A DNA stretch of 64,000 nt from Alistipes sp. Its GTDB lineage: Bacteria > Bacteroidota > Bacteroidia > Bacteroidales > Rikenellaceae. Both the position numbers and the translations under genes were made by a program. Numbering within the stretch: position 1 is the stretch's first letter; each line of letters starts with the position of its first letter. Below the pieces are notes generated by a model. It was not told the origin of the DNA and ran no database searches. It saw nothing but the letters and a program-made list of their open reading frames with translations. Location: positions 2,553 to 66,552 of the forward strand of contig JAZOMA010000012.1 of NCBI GenBank assembly GCA_045653565.1, given 5' to 3'. This document shows, one piece after another, positions 8,847 through 17,940 of the stretch.

Positions 8847-10301
8847 ATGAAGAGTGTTAAGTTTTTGGTCGTAGCGTTGCTTTCGTTGGTGGCATTCGCT
8901 TCGTGTAATAAAGAGGATAGTGCATCGTTGGTGTTGGAGCGTACTGCGCTCTACTTCTCATCGTGGGAGGATGATGCTCAAACCATTTCGTTCACCTCGT
9001 CGAACGCTGTTTCGGTGGCTGTCGGTTCGTGCAGCACAGGCTGGGAGGCTAAGGTTATCGGTCGAATGATAAGTGTTGAGCCTATCGGTACTAAGGAGGA
9101 GGGAATGACCAACGACGATCTTTCGAAGGAGGGCTCTGTCGTGGTAAATGCCCTGAACAAAGAGGGTAAAGCGACAAGTTACTATATCTATGTATACATA
9201 GCCGAAACTACGGAACTGGATGAGGAGGGTGTCGCAAACTGCTATATCGTTACAAAGCCTTCGACAAGTTATATGTTCGATGCGATGCACCGTCCAAATG
9301 GCTCGGAGTTGGCTACGGCAAATGTTAAGTTGTTGTGGCAGAGCAACTACGATGTTATTAAGAATGTGAACTTGGTGAATGGTAAGGCGCAGTTCTATGT
9401 TCTTCCGTGGGAGGAAGATAACTCGAAGGTGCTCGACACAAACGCAGTTATCGCAGCTTACAACAGCAATGGCGATATTATCTGGAGTTGGCATCTGTGG
9501 ATTGTTGACAAGAACCCGCTTCTATCTACCGATACCTACTCGAATGGCAAGACCTTTATGCGTCAAAACCTCGGTGCGTTCACCAATTCGAATGGCGAGA
9601 AGGACGAGCAGAAGATTCTCGACTCGTACGGAATGTACTATCAGTGGGGCCGAAAGGATCCGTTCCCACGTCCACTCTACTTCGATGCAGCGGGTGCATA
9701 CGACGAGGATAGATATAACGAATCGAGCATATATATTAAAGAGGTATTTGCGGAGCGTACGTCGAGCAACGGAACACTCGAATATATTACCAAGAATCCG
9801 ATGCATTTTATCACAAACGCTGCGTGCGTAGCCGAGGGCGGCGACGGCATTGGCGATTGGCTTGTAACGCCAAACAATACTCTCTGGAACGATACTGAAA
9901 AGAGTGTTTATGACCCGTGTCCAAAGGGTTGGCGTGTGCCTTCGGCTGAGGATTTAGAGGTGTTGCGTTTGGCAGATGCGGAGGATAATACCCCACTCGA
10001 CGATGCTCGCAAGCAGTATGGCTGGCATCTGTCGGATGGTGTTAACAAGTATTTCTACTCGGCGTGTGGTCGTCGTCGCTACAACGATGGCAAGGTCGAG
10101 AATATGAACTCGAAGGATGGGGTCTACCCTTCGCAGCCACAACCTTGGGAGGGCTACTATTGGACCTCATCAACTACGGCAGACGGAAAGGCTGTGTCGC
10201 TCTATTTTGATTTGACAACCACGCGCACCATAAACAAATACTCCTCGTCGCATCCGGCACGTCGAGCAAATGGTTTTCAGGTGCGATGCGTAAAAGAGTA
10301 A
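8847..10301 (+). CDS. Surface lipoprotein with a C-terminal Fib_succ_major-like domain
   Basis: Lipobox VAFASC; ANCYIV, WSWHLW, GMYYQWGRKDPF, DPCPKGWRVPS, YWTSS, GFQVRCVKE. TATATTTG at 8818-8825 supports the start at 8847. Confidence 0.85.
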   Translation: MKSVKFLVVALLSLVAFASCNKEDSASLVLERTALYFSSWEDDAQTISFTSSNAVSVAVGSCSTGWEAKVIGRMISVEPIGTKEEGMTNDDLSKEGSVVVNALNKEGKATSYYIYVYIAETTELDEEGVANCYIVTKPSTSYMFDAMHRPNGSELATANVKLLWQSNYDVIKNVNLVNGKAQFYVLPWEEDNSKVLDTNAVIAAYNSNGDIIWSWHLWIVDKNPLLSTDTYSNGKTFMRQNLGAFTNSNGEKDEQKILDSYGMYYQWGRKDPFPRPLYFDAAGAYDEDRYNESSIYIKEVFAERTSSNGTLEYITKNPMHFITNAACVAEGGDGIGDWLVTPNNTLWNDTEKSVYDPCPKGWRVPSAEDLEVLRLADAEDNTPLDDARKQYGWHLSDGVNKYFYSACGRRRYNDGKVENMNSKDGVYPSQPQPWEGYYWTSSTTADGKAVSLYFDLTTTRTINKYSSSHPARRANGFQVRCVKE

Positions 10302-10371
10302 ATTTTCTATAGATATAGTTGCCTCTTGGCACTAACGTTGTATCATAGCGATGAGAGAAAATCTTGTCGCT

Positions 10372-11583
10372 ATGAAAATTTATACGGGTAAGGGTAATAT
10401 ATCCCTTCTTGCACTTATCGCTATTTGGTCGGTTTCGGCTGTTACTTCGTTGCCGGGCTTGGCAATATCGCCTATTTTGGAGGATTTGAGCAAAATTTTC
10501 CCCTCTGCATCACAACTTGAGATACAGATGCTTACGTCGCTGCCGTCGTTGCTGATAATTCCATTTGTGTTGTTGGCAGGATGGTTGTCGGAGCGAGGTG
10601 GCGAATCTCTGAAATTGTTAGCGGTAGGCCTGCTTATATTCTTTGCCAGCGGTGTGGTTTGTATCTTCGCAAAGGATATTCGATTGTTGATTGTGGCGAG
10701 TTGCATTATGGGCGTAGGCGCAGGTATTGCAGTGCCATACTCTACGGGTTTGGTGGTGCGCTACTTTACGGGTGACAGGCGTGTGCGTCAACTCGGTATA
10801 TCCTCGGCGGTAAATAATCTTTCGTTGGTTGTGGCCACGGCGGTGGTAGGATGGATTGCCACGCGCGATTGGCATCTATCCTTTGCGGTCTACCTGTTGC
10901 CAGCGGTGTCGTTGGTTCTGTTGCTATCGCTCTATGGCGTGAGGTCTGCACCCGAGCCGAAAGAGAGCGACCAACTGCGTCAATCTAAAATCAACTGGAG
11001 TAGGCTTGGAGGCTTATCTGCACTCTACTTTGTGATTACGTTCACGACACTTGTTATAACGTTCTACCTCTCGTTTTTGCTCGAAAAGTATCGTTTTCCG
11101 CAGGAGTTTGCCAGCATTATGATTTCGCTGTTTTTCCTCGCCATAATGCTTCCGGGCTTTGCTCTGAATGGCATCATCCGCCGATTGCGCTCGATGACTA
11201 TTTTCTGCTCGTTGCTCCTTATTGTAGTGGGACTTTTGTTGGTGGGTACGGTACCCGATATTCCGTTGATGACCATTGGTGTGATTCTCACGGGAGTGGG
11301 CTATGGTGTGCTGCAGCCGATAATCTACGATAAGACGGCGGTTACATCGCCTCCGGATGCGGCAACAAAGGCTCTTTCGGTGGTTATGGCAGTCAACTAT
11401 ATTGCTGTGCTGGTCTGCCCATTTGTAGTCGATTTTGTGGCGAAAATTATAGACCAAAATCGTAGTACCTTCCCATTTGTTGCGAGTGCTGTTTTGGTCG
11501 CTATGGTGGCATTTTTGTCGCTGCTGCTGCGAAAAAGTTTCGTATTGGGGCTTGATGAATCGTATTATGGTGCGAAAAAATAG
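10372..11583 (+). CDS. MFS transporter
   Basis: About 12 hydrophobic helices and a motif-A-like GWLSERGG. The start could be 10351. Confidence 0.88.
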   Translation: MKIYTGKGNISLLALIAIWSVSAVTSLPGLAISPILEDLSKIFPSASQLEIQMLTSLPSLLIIPFVLLAGWLSERGGESLKLLAVGLLIFFASGVVCIFAKDIRLLIVASCIMGVGAGIAVPYSTGLVVRYFTGDRRVRQLGISSAVNNLSLVVATAVVGWIATRDWHLSFAVYLLPAVSLVLLLSLYGVRSAPEPKESDQLRQSKINWSRLGGLSALYFVITFTTLVITFYLSFLLEKYRFPQEFASIMISLFFLAIMLPGFALNGIIRRLRSMTIFCSLLLIVVGLLLVGTVPDIPLMTIGVILTGVGYGVLQPIIYDKTAVTSPPDAATKALSVVMAVNYIAVLVCPFVVDFVAKIIDQNRSTFPFVASAVLVAMVAFLSLLLRKSFVLGLDESYYGAKK

Positions 11584-11606
11584 AAAATTTTTCTACCTTT
11601 GTACTC

Positions 11607-12599
11607 GTGAAAAGTACGGTAGAGATATTTTCGGAACTTGGCGTGCGCCTTGCGGGGTTTGGCTCCGACGATGTGTCGCGCTCGGTTGTGGAGCGTGCAG
11701 TGGCTGAGAATGAGTGGTTTTCGGCTGACGATATACGCTATGCGGTCGAAGCAATACGTAGCGAAATGCTTGATGCCGAGAAGATTGAGCGATGGTTGGC
11801 GCACTACCCTTCTGCCGCCACGCGAACGCCAAAGCGCGTGGCAATTATTATGGCTGGCAATATTCCGTTAGTGTCGTTTGCCGACCTTATGTGTGTGGTT
11901 GCGAGTGGCAATATTCCGTGTGTGAAACCATCGAGCAAAGATCGTGTATTGGAGGGGTATGTAGAACGTTTACTGCTCGATATCGAACCTGAACTCAAAA
12001 TCGAAAAATACGAGGAGGGCGCAGCTTATGACGCTGTTATAGCAACCGGGGGCGATAGCGCAAAACTCTACTTTGATACCGCTTTTCAGGGCGTGCCATC
12101 CCTCTTGAGAGGTAGTCGCCACTCGGTAGCGGTTGTTACGGGCGAGGAGTCGAGCGAGGATGTAAGGCTGCTTTCGGACGATATATTTACCTATTCGGGA
12201 CTTGGCTGTCGCAATGTGTCGCTTATTTTTGTGCCGAAGGGGTATAAGATGATGTTGCCGACTCGTAAGATGTGCCGTGCCTATAGCAATAACTACTGGC
12301 AGTGCAGAGCGGTGCTCACTTTGCGTGATGTGGAGTTTGACGATTTGGGCGAGGCTGTTTTGGTGGCTACAATGGCAGAATTTCCTCGTTTTTTGAGCCA
12401 GATAAATGTGGCGGAATACTCCGATGTAGCCGACGTGCGAGAGTGGCTGGCAGAGAATGACGACAGGTTGCAATGTGTAGTGAGCAAAATCGAAGGCTTG
12501 CACTCTCGTTGCGTGCCGTTGGGGCGAGCGCAGCATCCTACGCTGTTCGACTATGCAGATGAGCGGGATACTATGCAATTTTTGGCGGAAATAGATTAG
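11607..12599 (+). CDS. Acyl-CoA reductase (LuxC-like)
   Basis: ENEWFS, IMAGNIPLV, AVIATG, YSGLGCRNVS, DYAD. Confidence 0.88.
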   Translation: MKSTVEIFSELGVRLAGFGSDDVSRSVVERAVAENEWFSADDIRYAVEAIRSEMLDAEKIERWLAHYPSAATRTPKRVAIIMAGNIPLVSFADLMCVVASGNIPCVKPSSKDRVLEGYVERLLLDIEPELKIEKYEEGAAYDAVIATGGDSAKLYFDTAFQGVPSLLRGSRHSVAVVTGEESSEDVRLLSDDIFTYSGLGCRNVSLIFVPKGYKMMLPTRKMCRAYSNNYWQCRAVLTLRDVEFDDLGEAVLVATMAEFPRFLSQINVAEYSDVADVREWLAENDDRLQCVVSKIEGLHSRCVPLGRAQHPTLFDYADERDTMQFLAEID

Positions 12600-12651
12600 T
12601 TTGTCGAAAATTTATTCTATATTTGTATATCTAAACCTAAAAAATTGAGCT

Positions 12652-13110
12652 ATGAAGAAGTTTTTGTTTTTGATTGTTGCCTTGCTCTCGTTTGCAGCTG
12701 CATCGGCACAACCACCACAGAGTAACGAGCAGCGCGGCGGAGATCGCAGTGCTCGAATGATTGAGATGTTGCAGAAACAACTCAATATGAGTCCGGAGCA
12801 GGCTAAGAAGTTTTTGCCAGTCTATCAGGGTTATCAGCGTGAGATACGCGCTGTGCGTAAGGATACCAAGACCTATGTCGATTCGTTCAAGGGCGAGGAG
12901 ATGACCATCAAGGTTGCTAAGAAGATTATGATGGCGCAACTTAATGGAGATAAGGAGATTATAAAGGTGAAGAAGGAGTATATCAAGGTTTTTGTTAACT
13001 ATCTTACTCCAGAGCAGTTGGCGAAGGTGTTTACACTCGGTCAGGGTCCACGTCGCCCTCGAGGTAGCCATTCGGGACAGCCTCGACCACAAGGCGCACC
13101 ACAGCAGTAG
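12652..13110 (+). CDS. Exported helical protein (Spy/CpxP-like)
   Basis: Signal peptide; LNMSPEQAKKFLPVY and LTPEQ motifs. Confidence 0.7.
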   Translation: MKKFLFLIVALLSFAAASAQPPQSNEQRGGDRSARMIEMLQKQLNMSPEQAKKFLPVYQGYQREIRAVRKDTKTYVDSFKGEEMTIKVAKKIMMAQLNGDKEIIKVKKEYIKVFVNYLTPEQLAKVFTLGQGPRRPRGSHSGQPRPQGAPQQ

Positions 13111-13114
13111 TTTG

Positions 13115-13140
13115 AAAAGCACTCCAGGAGTGCTTTTTTT
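13115..13140 (+). terminator. Intrinsic terminator
   Basis: AAAAGCACTCC/GGAGTGCTTTT followed by a T-run. Confidence 0.8.
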
Positions 13141-13277
13141 AGTGAGTAATTAGTAGAGAGTAGTGAGTAGTTTGCCATTGGCTTTTTGTTAGGGTTATTA
13201 AGGGCATTAAGGGCGTTAGGGTTTTATCCTATTAAATCCTATTCATTCCTATCCAATCCTATCAAGCGTCCTCCCCT

Positions 13278-13487
13278 GGATTCGAACGGTCGCAGCAGTA
13301 GAGAGGAGACCGAAGTGGAAAGGTTGTAGCGGAGGCGGGCAACATAGTTGCAAGCATTGTACGAATAGGCGGAAAGGGAATCTATTTACTTTTTGACTAT
13401 TCGCACAAGGCTTACGATTGCGAAGCAATACGCCTACGCTACAACACACCACCACGCAGACAAGTCGCCCGAGACGCCACCGACTGA
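13278..13487 (-). ncRNA. Candidate structured element downstream of tRNA-Val (copy 1 of 2)
   Basis: Ends shared with 44232-44432 (GG.TCGAACGGTCGC.GCAG and CGCCACCGACTGA); long stems with two side hairpins. Confidence 0.5.
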
Positions 13488-13507
13488 ACGAATTCGTCAA
13501 CGAACAC

Positions 13508-13537
13508 AAAAAAAAGACGACTTGAAAAAGTCGTCTT
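13508..13537 (-). terminator. Terminator after tRNA-Val
   Basis: AAGACGACTT/AAGTCGTCTT stem with a T-run on the minus strand. Confidence 0.8.
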
Positions 13538-13544
13538 GATTTTG

Positions 13545-13619
13545 TGGGAGTTGACGGATTCGAACCGCCGACCCTCTGCTTGTAAGGCAGATGCTCTAAA
13601 CCAGCTGAGCTAAACTCCC
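13545..13619 (-). tRNA. tRNA-Val(TAC)
   Basis: GGGAGTTTAGCTCAGCTGG...CCTTACAAG...GGTTCGAATCCGTCAACTCCCA. Confidence 0.96.
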
Positions 13620-13761
13620 TTTCTGAAAGGCTTGGGACTGCTGATTCTCTATCTTCAACAAAACTGCTATCCACACCTGCTTTGTTTACTCGCTGCTCGG
13701 CTACTTATTTATTAAGCACCTCGCTTCGTCGAAAATCGTTTTTGCAACCCTCGCGCAATAG

Positions 13762-13835
13762 CGCCTGAACAAGGACTTGAACCTAGGACCCCATGATTAA
13801 CAGTCATGTGCTCTAACCGACTGAGCTATTCAGGC
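13762..13835 (-). tRNA. tRNA-Asn(GTT)
   Basis: GCCTGAATAGCTCAGTCGG...GACTGTTAATC...GGTTCAAGTCCTTGTTCAGGCG. Confidence 0.96.
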
Positions 13836-13950
13836 ATTTTTTAGAACCTTGCAATGCGGTTGTTCCCGTTTTGCGAGTGCAAATATATGGCAAATTTTTT
13901 ATTCTGCAAAACTTTTGCAAAAAAAAATTAAAAAAATTATCTTTGTACCA

Positions 13951-15024
13951 ATGAAAAGATTTCTGAGAAATATCGTTATCGCCTTATTTACACTATTTTA
14001 TGGTGATTTGAGTGCGCAGGTCAAATTTTTCGAATTATCGCACGATTTTGGCGAGGTGGCAGAGGATGGCGGCTCGGTCGAGCATATTTTTCGCTTTCGC
14101 AACACCTCGTCGAAGCCTATAGTGATAGTGGCAACTCAAACTTCGTGCGGTTGCACCAAAGCAGAACATCCGCGTAAACCCATTATGCCCGATAGCGTGG
14201 CGGAGGTTAAGGTTGTCTTTAACCCACTGAACTACCCCGGCACCTTTGCTCGCAAAATAGTCGTAGTGACCAACGAAGGCGCGCTCAAGGAGCAGTTGCA
14301 GATTACGGGAAGGGTTCTGCCCCGTGTGAAATCGTTAGAGGAGCAGTACCCTATCGTTTTGGGCGATGGCGTACGCGCGGAGGCTAACTCTCACTCGTTT
14401 GGTTATGTCGAACACGGAAAGTTGGTTCAGTCGTCTTTCGGGATCATCAACACGTCAAACAAGGTGGCAACCATTGCAGTCGAAAACCCATGTCCCGAGT
14501 TGGAGTTTTACATCCCCTCGAAGATTGCTCCGGGCGAGCGTGTGTCCCTAAATTTCGGCTGTTTATTGCCCGAGAACAGCAAAATTTATGGCTCGCTCTC
14601 CTACTCGCTTTCGCTGCTGGTGAATGGCAAAACGGCGAACTATCCGTTTATTATAAACGGACTTGCGATAGATTCTCGCGAAGAAAATGCAAATAATCGT
14701 CCTCAAACGATTGCGCTTTCAGAAAATTTCATTAAATTTGGGGCTGTAAAGTGCAATATTGCTAAGGTGTCGCACGAAATAGAGGTGCGTAACGAGGGCG
14801 ATAGGGCGATTGAAATACGAAAATTAGAGGTTTCGAACAAAGGCTTTTCGGCTGATATTGAGGGCAGTAGCACCATTGAGGCGGGAGCCAAGCGAAAGAT
14901 TAAAGTAGAGGCTTATCCATCGCAGTTGCCGTTTGGGGCAGTGGTCGAAAGGTTGAGAATCATAAGCAACGACCCGAAGATGCCCGTTTTGACAATTAGA
15001 GTATCTGCGATTGTGGAGCAATAA
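13951..15024 (+). CDS. DUF1573 domain-containing exported protein (three Ig-like domains)
   Basis: HDFGEV...F.FRN...TSCGCT motif and signal peptide. TATCTTTG at 13938-13945 supports the start. Confidence 0.85.
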   Translation: MKRFLRNIVIALFTLFYGDLSAQVKFFELSHDFGEVAEDGGSVEHIFRFRNTSSKPIVIVATQTSCGCTKAEHPRKPIMPDSVAEVKVVFNPLNYPGTFARKIVVVTNEGALKEQLQITGRVLPRVKSLEEQYPIVLGDGVRAEANSHSFGYVEHGKLVQSSFGIINTSNKVATIAVENPCPELEFYIPSKIAPGERVSLNFGCLLPENSKIYGSLSYSLSLLVNGKTANYPFIINGLAIDSREENANNRPQTIALSENFIKFGAVKCNIAKVSHEIEVRNEGDRAIEIRKLEVSNKGFSADIEGSSTIEAGAKRKIKVEAYPSQLPFGAVVERLRIISNDPKMPVLTIRVSAIVEQ

Positions 15025-15041
15025 CAAAAAAGAGAACAAAG

Positions 15042-15923
15042 ATGTTTGAGATAGTAGAGAGAAAGGAACTTGCGGAGAATATCTACCTGACCCGCGTCAA
15101 AGCACCGCGCATTGCCCACTCGGCAAAGCCTGGGCAGTTCGTTATTGTGCGTGCCGACGAGAAGGGCGAGCGCACGCCTCTCACTATTGCAGACTACGAC
15201 GAGCAGGAAGGAACGGTAACCCTCGTAACGCAAGCATTGGGTGTTTCGACGCGCAAAATTGTGGCAAAGGGTGCTGGCGAGTATCTCGCCGATGTGGCTG
15301 GTCCACTCGGTCGTCCGTCCGACTTTGTGGCGGAGGATATCGAGGAGGTGCGCAAGCGTAAGTATATTTTTGTAGGTGGTGGCGTAGGTGCTGCACCCGT
15401 CTATCCGCAGGTTAAGTGGTTGGCGGAGCAGGGCTGCGAGGTCGATGTTATCGTGGGTGCAAAATCGAAAGATTTGCTCATTTACGCCGACGAGATGGCA
15501 AAGGTTGCGACCAACCTCTACATCGCTACGGACGATGGCTCGGAGGGCTTTCACGGATTGGTTACTACCCTACTCGAGAAACTCATCACCGAGGGCAAGC
15601 AGTACGATTGTTGCGTGGCTATCGGACCGATGATAATGATGAAATTTGTGACATTGACGGCAAAGAAGTTCAATCTGCCGTGCATTGTGTCGCTCAATGC
15701 CTTGATGGTGGACGGTACGGGTATGTGCGGTGCGTGTCGCGTGACTATTGCGGGCAAGACCAAGTTCACCTGTGTGGATGGTCCGGAGTTCAACGCGTAT
15801 GATGTCGATTTCGACGAGGCTATGCGCCGTCAGGGTATGTACCGCACGCAAGAGCAACGCGCAATGGCTATCGAGCGCGAGCGTGCTGCGGGACATAAGT
15901 GCAATATAGGTTTGGATAAGTAG
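15042..15923 (+). CDS. nfnA: NfnA/SudB-type FAD/NAD-binding subunit of ferredoxin:NADP+ oxidoreductase
   Basis: AKPGQFVI, GERTPLTIAD, GGGVGAAP, MVDGTGMCGACRV, CVDGPEF. Confidence 0.9.
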   Translation: MFEIVERKELAENIYLTRVKAPRIAHSAKPGQFVIVRADEKGERTPLTIADYDEQEGTVTLVTQALGVSTRKIVAKGAGEYLADVAGPLGRPSDFVAEDIEEVRKRKYIFVGGGVGAAPVYPQVKWLAEQGCEVDVIVGAKSKDLLIYADEMAKVATNLYIATDDGSEGFHGLVTTLLEKLITEGKQYDCCVAIGPMIMMKFVTLTAKKFNLPCIVSLNALMVDGTGMCGACRVTIAGKTKFTCVDGPEFNAYDVDFDEAMRRQGMYRTQEQRAMAIERERAAGHKCNIGLDK

Positions 15924-15926
15924 GCT

Positions 15927-17309
15927 ATGGCTAATAAGATACCACGTGTTCCGGTAAGGGAGCAAGATGCAAAGGTTCGAGCAACCAACTTCGAGGAGGT
16001 ATGCTACGGCTACAATCGCGAGGAGGCGCAGTTGGAGGCTACACGATGCCTCGACTGTAAGAACCCTCGTTGTGTGGCTGCTTGCCCTGTAGGTATTCAG
16101 ATTCCTCGTTTTATCGAGCAGTTGCGCGAGGGGGATGTTGCTGCAGCAGCCCAGATTATATCGCACGATTCATCGTTGCCGAGCATCTGTGGTCGTGTAT
16201 GTCCGCAGGAGTCGCAGTGCGAGGGTGCTTGTATCCTCGGTATTAAGGGCGAGGCGGTGGCTATTGGTAAGTTGGAACGTTTCGTGGGCGATTGGCAGTT
16301 GGAGAACGGCAGACCTGCGGTTGAGATAGAGAAGAATGGTCACAAAGTGGCTATCGTGGGTAGCGGACCTGCAGGCTTGGCTTGCGCGAGTGACCTCGCG
16401 AAAATGGGCTATGATGTTACCATTTTCGAGGCTCTGCACGAGGCTGGAGGCGTACTCGTCTATGGTATTCCCGAATTCCGTTTGCCAAAGGAGCGCATCG
16501 TAAAGGCGGAGATAGAGAGCGTTAAGGCTCTGGGTGTTAAGATTGAGACCGACGTGGTTGTGGGTCGCACCATCACTGTTGATTCGCTGCTCGACGAGGA
16601 GGGCTTCGATGCCGTATTTATCGGCTCGGGTGCAGGACTACCACGCTTTATGGGTATTGAGGGCGAGAATTTGAACGGCGTATTGTCGGCAAATGAGTTC
16701 CTCACACGCGCTAACCTTATGCACGCCTACGATGCGGAGTACGATACACCTATATATGTAGGTCGTAAGGTCGTAGTTGTAGGTGGTGGAAATGTGGCAA
16801 TGGATGCTGTGCGTACTGCCAAGCGTTTGGGTGCCGAGGCGGTGATTGTATACCGTCGTAGCGAGAAGGAGTTGCCTGCTCGAGTAGAGGAGGTGCATCA
16901 CGCTAAGGAGGAGGGCATCGAGTTTAAGATGCTGACCAACCCTACCGCCATTTTGGGCGATGAGAATGGCTGGGTGAAGGCTATCAACTGCGTCGAGATG
17001 GAGTTGGGCGAACCCGATGAGAGTGGCCGTCGCTCGCCTGTTGTGGTCGAAGGCTCCGATTTCGAGATTGAGTGCGACGTTGTGGTTATGGCACTCGGAA
17101 CATCTCCAAATCCGCTTATTGCTTCGACTACGGAGGCTCTCGAGACTTCGCGACGTGGTTGCATTGTTGCGGACGATTGGGGTGTAACTTCGCGCAAGGG
17201 TGTCTTTGCCGGTGGCGACGCTGTTACGGGTGCTGCAACAGTGATTTTGGCTATGGGTGCAGGACGTAAGGCTGCAACGGCGATAGACCGCTATATAAAG
17301 GAGAAATAA
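15927..17309 (+). CDS. nfnB: NfnB/SudA-type subunit (usually auto-annotated as NADPH-dependent glutamate synthase)
   Basis: RCLDC..CVAACP, CGRVCPQESQCE, GSGPAG, GGGNVAMD, AGGDAVTG; adjacent to nfnA. Confidence 0.88.
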   Translation: MANKIPRVPVREQDAKVRATNFEEVCYGYNREEAQLEATRCLDCKNPRCVAACPVGIQIPRFIEQLREGDVAAAAQIISHDSSLPSICGRVCPQESQCEGACILGIKGEAVAIGKLERFVGDWQLENGRPAVEIEKNGHKVAIVGSGPAGLACASDLAKMGYDVTIFEALHEAGGVLVYGIPEFRLPKERIVKAEIESVKALGVKIETDVVVGRTITVDSLLDEEGFDAVFIGSGAGLPRFMGIEGENLNGVLSANEFLTRANLMHAYDAEYDTPIYVGRKVVVVGGGNVAMDAVRTAKRLGAEAVIVYRRSEKELPARVEEVHHAKEEGIEFKMLTNPTAILGDENGWVKAINCVEMELGEPDESGRRSPVVVEGSDFEIECDVVVMALGTSPNPLIASTTEALETSRRGCIVADDWGVTSRKGVFAGGDAVTGAATVILAMGAGRKAATAIDRYIKEK

Positions 17310-17341
17310 ATTTATTACTAACTAAATAAAACAAAAACACT

Positions 17342-17860
17342 ATGAAAAAATTTACAACTATTGTGAGCCTCGTTGCTATCGTAGCATCGGCTCTGTTTGT
17401 GTCTTGTGCGCAGCCGAAGGAACCAACTTTGGTGCCTGCATTCCCGTACAACAAGACTGCTACCTACGTTCAGAATGAGGACAGTGGCGAGTACAGCTGG
17501 ACTTGGGCATCGGCAGATGGCTGGACTGCAGCAAAGGACGGTGGCTTTGGCACTACCACTACAAACCACTTCGGTTCGCAGGTTTTGGAGTACCGTATCG
17601 ACCCTAACGCAGCGTGGACTGCAGAGATTCTTGGTCAGGGTAAGGAGTATGTAGAGATGGGTCAAGGTTGGAGCTTTGATATCGACTCTTACACTTGGGG
17701 CGCAACGGCTCAGGGCGATAAGGGTAAGAACTCGCTCTATTTCCGTGTTCTCAAGACTCCAGAGTCGTACGAGGAGGCCTTCACTTGCGAGGTTGCTCTG
17801 ACTATGGCTGGCGAGACAATGGTTATCGCAACCCTCGTTATCGAGCCAAACCTCTACTAA
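17342..17860 (+). CDS. Hypothetical lipoprotein
   Basis: Lipobox LFVSC, A-rich start context, host-like codon use. Confidence 0.8.
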   Translation: MKKFTTIVSLVAIVASALFVSCAQPKEPTLVPAFPYNKTATYVQNEDSGEYSWTWASADGWTAAKDGGFGTTTTNHFGSQVLEYRIDPNAAWTAEILGQGKEYVEMGQGWSFDIDSYTWGATAQGDKGKNSLYFRVLKTPESYEEAFTCEVALTMAGETMVIATLVIEPNLY

Positions 17861-17882
17861 TAGTTGCTCGAAGATGTAAAGA

Positions 17883-17910
17883 AATTGGGTGTCCATTTGG
17901 ACACCCAATT
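17883..17910. terminator. Hairpin between convergent genes
   Basis: AATTGGGTGTCCA/TGGACACCCAATT perfect inverted repeat. Confidence 0.75.
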
Positions 17911-17940
17911 CTATTTATATATAATATATAGGTATTGTGA

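Noticed and set aside
10140-10301. DGR variable region in the Fib_succ_major-like lipoprotein
   Set aside because: The terminal codons include many NNR codons (CCG GCA, CGA GCA, CAG, AAA), unlike AAY-derived positions.
13257-13287. Displaced tRNA 3' half (GTTCGAATCCAGGGGAGGACGC) as a prophage att site
   Set aside because: Beyond the T-loop it does not match tRNA-Val and runs into a REP-like GCTTGATAGGA end. There is no T-stem and no integrase.
13278-13487. 6S RNA, tmRNA or SRP RNA
   Set aside because: A second divergent copy exists behind another tRNA. There is no tmRNA acceptor/T-arm or SRP GGAA loop motif, and the centre is a junction with side hairpins rather than an open bubble.
13249-13674. 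141-aa ORF over tRNA-Val and 104-aa ORF over tRNA-Leu (44399-44713)
   Set aside because: Spurious translations of tRNA genes and terminators.
15927-17309. Stand-alone glutamate synthase
   Set aside because: No large subunit is nearby, and the upstream NfnA-type partner indicates the known NfnAB transhydrogenase.
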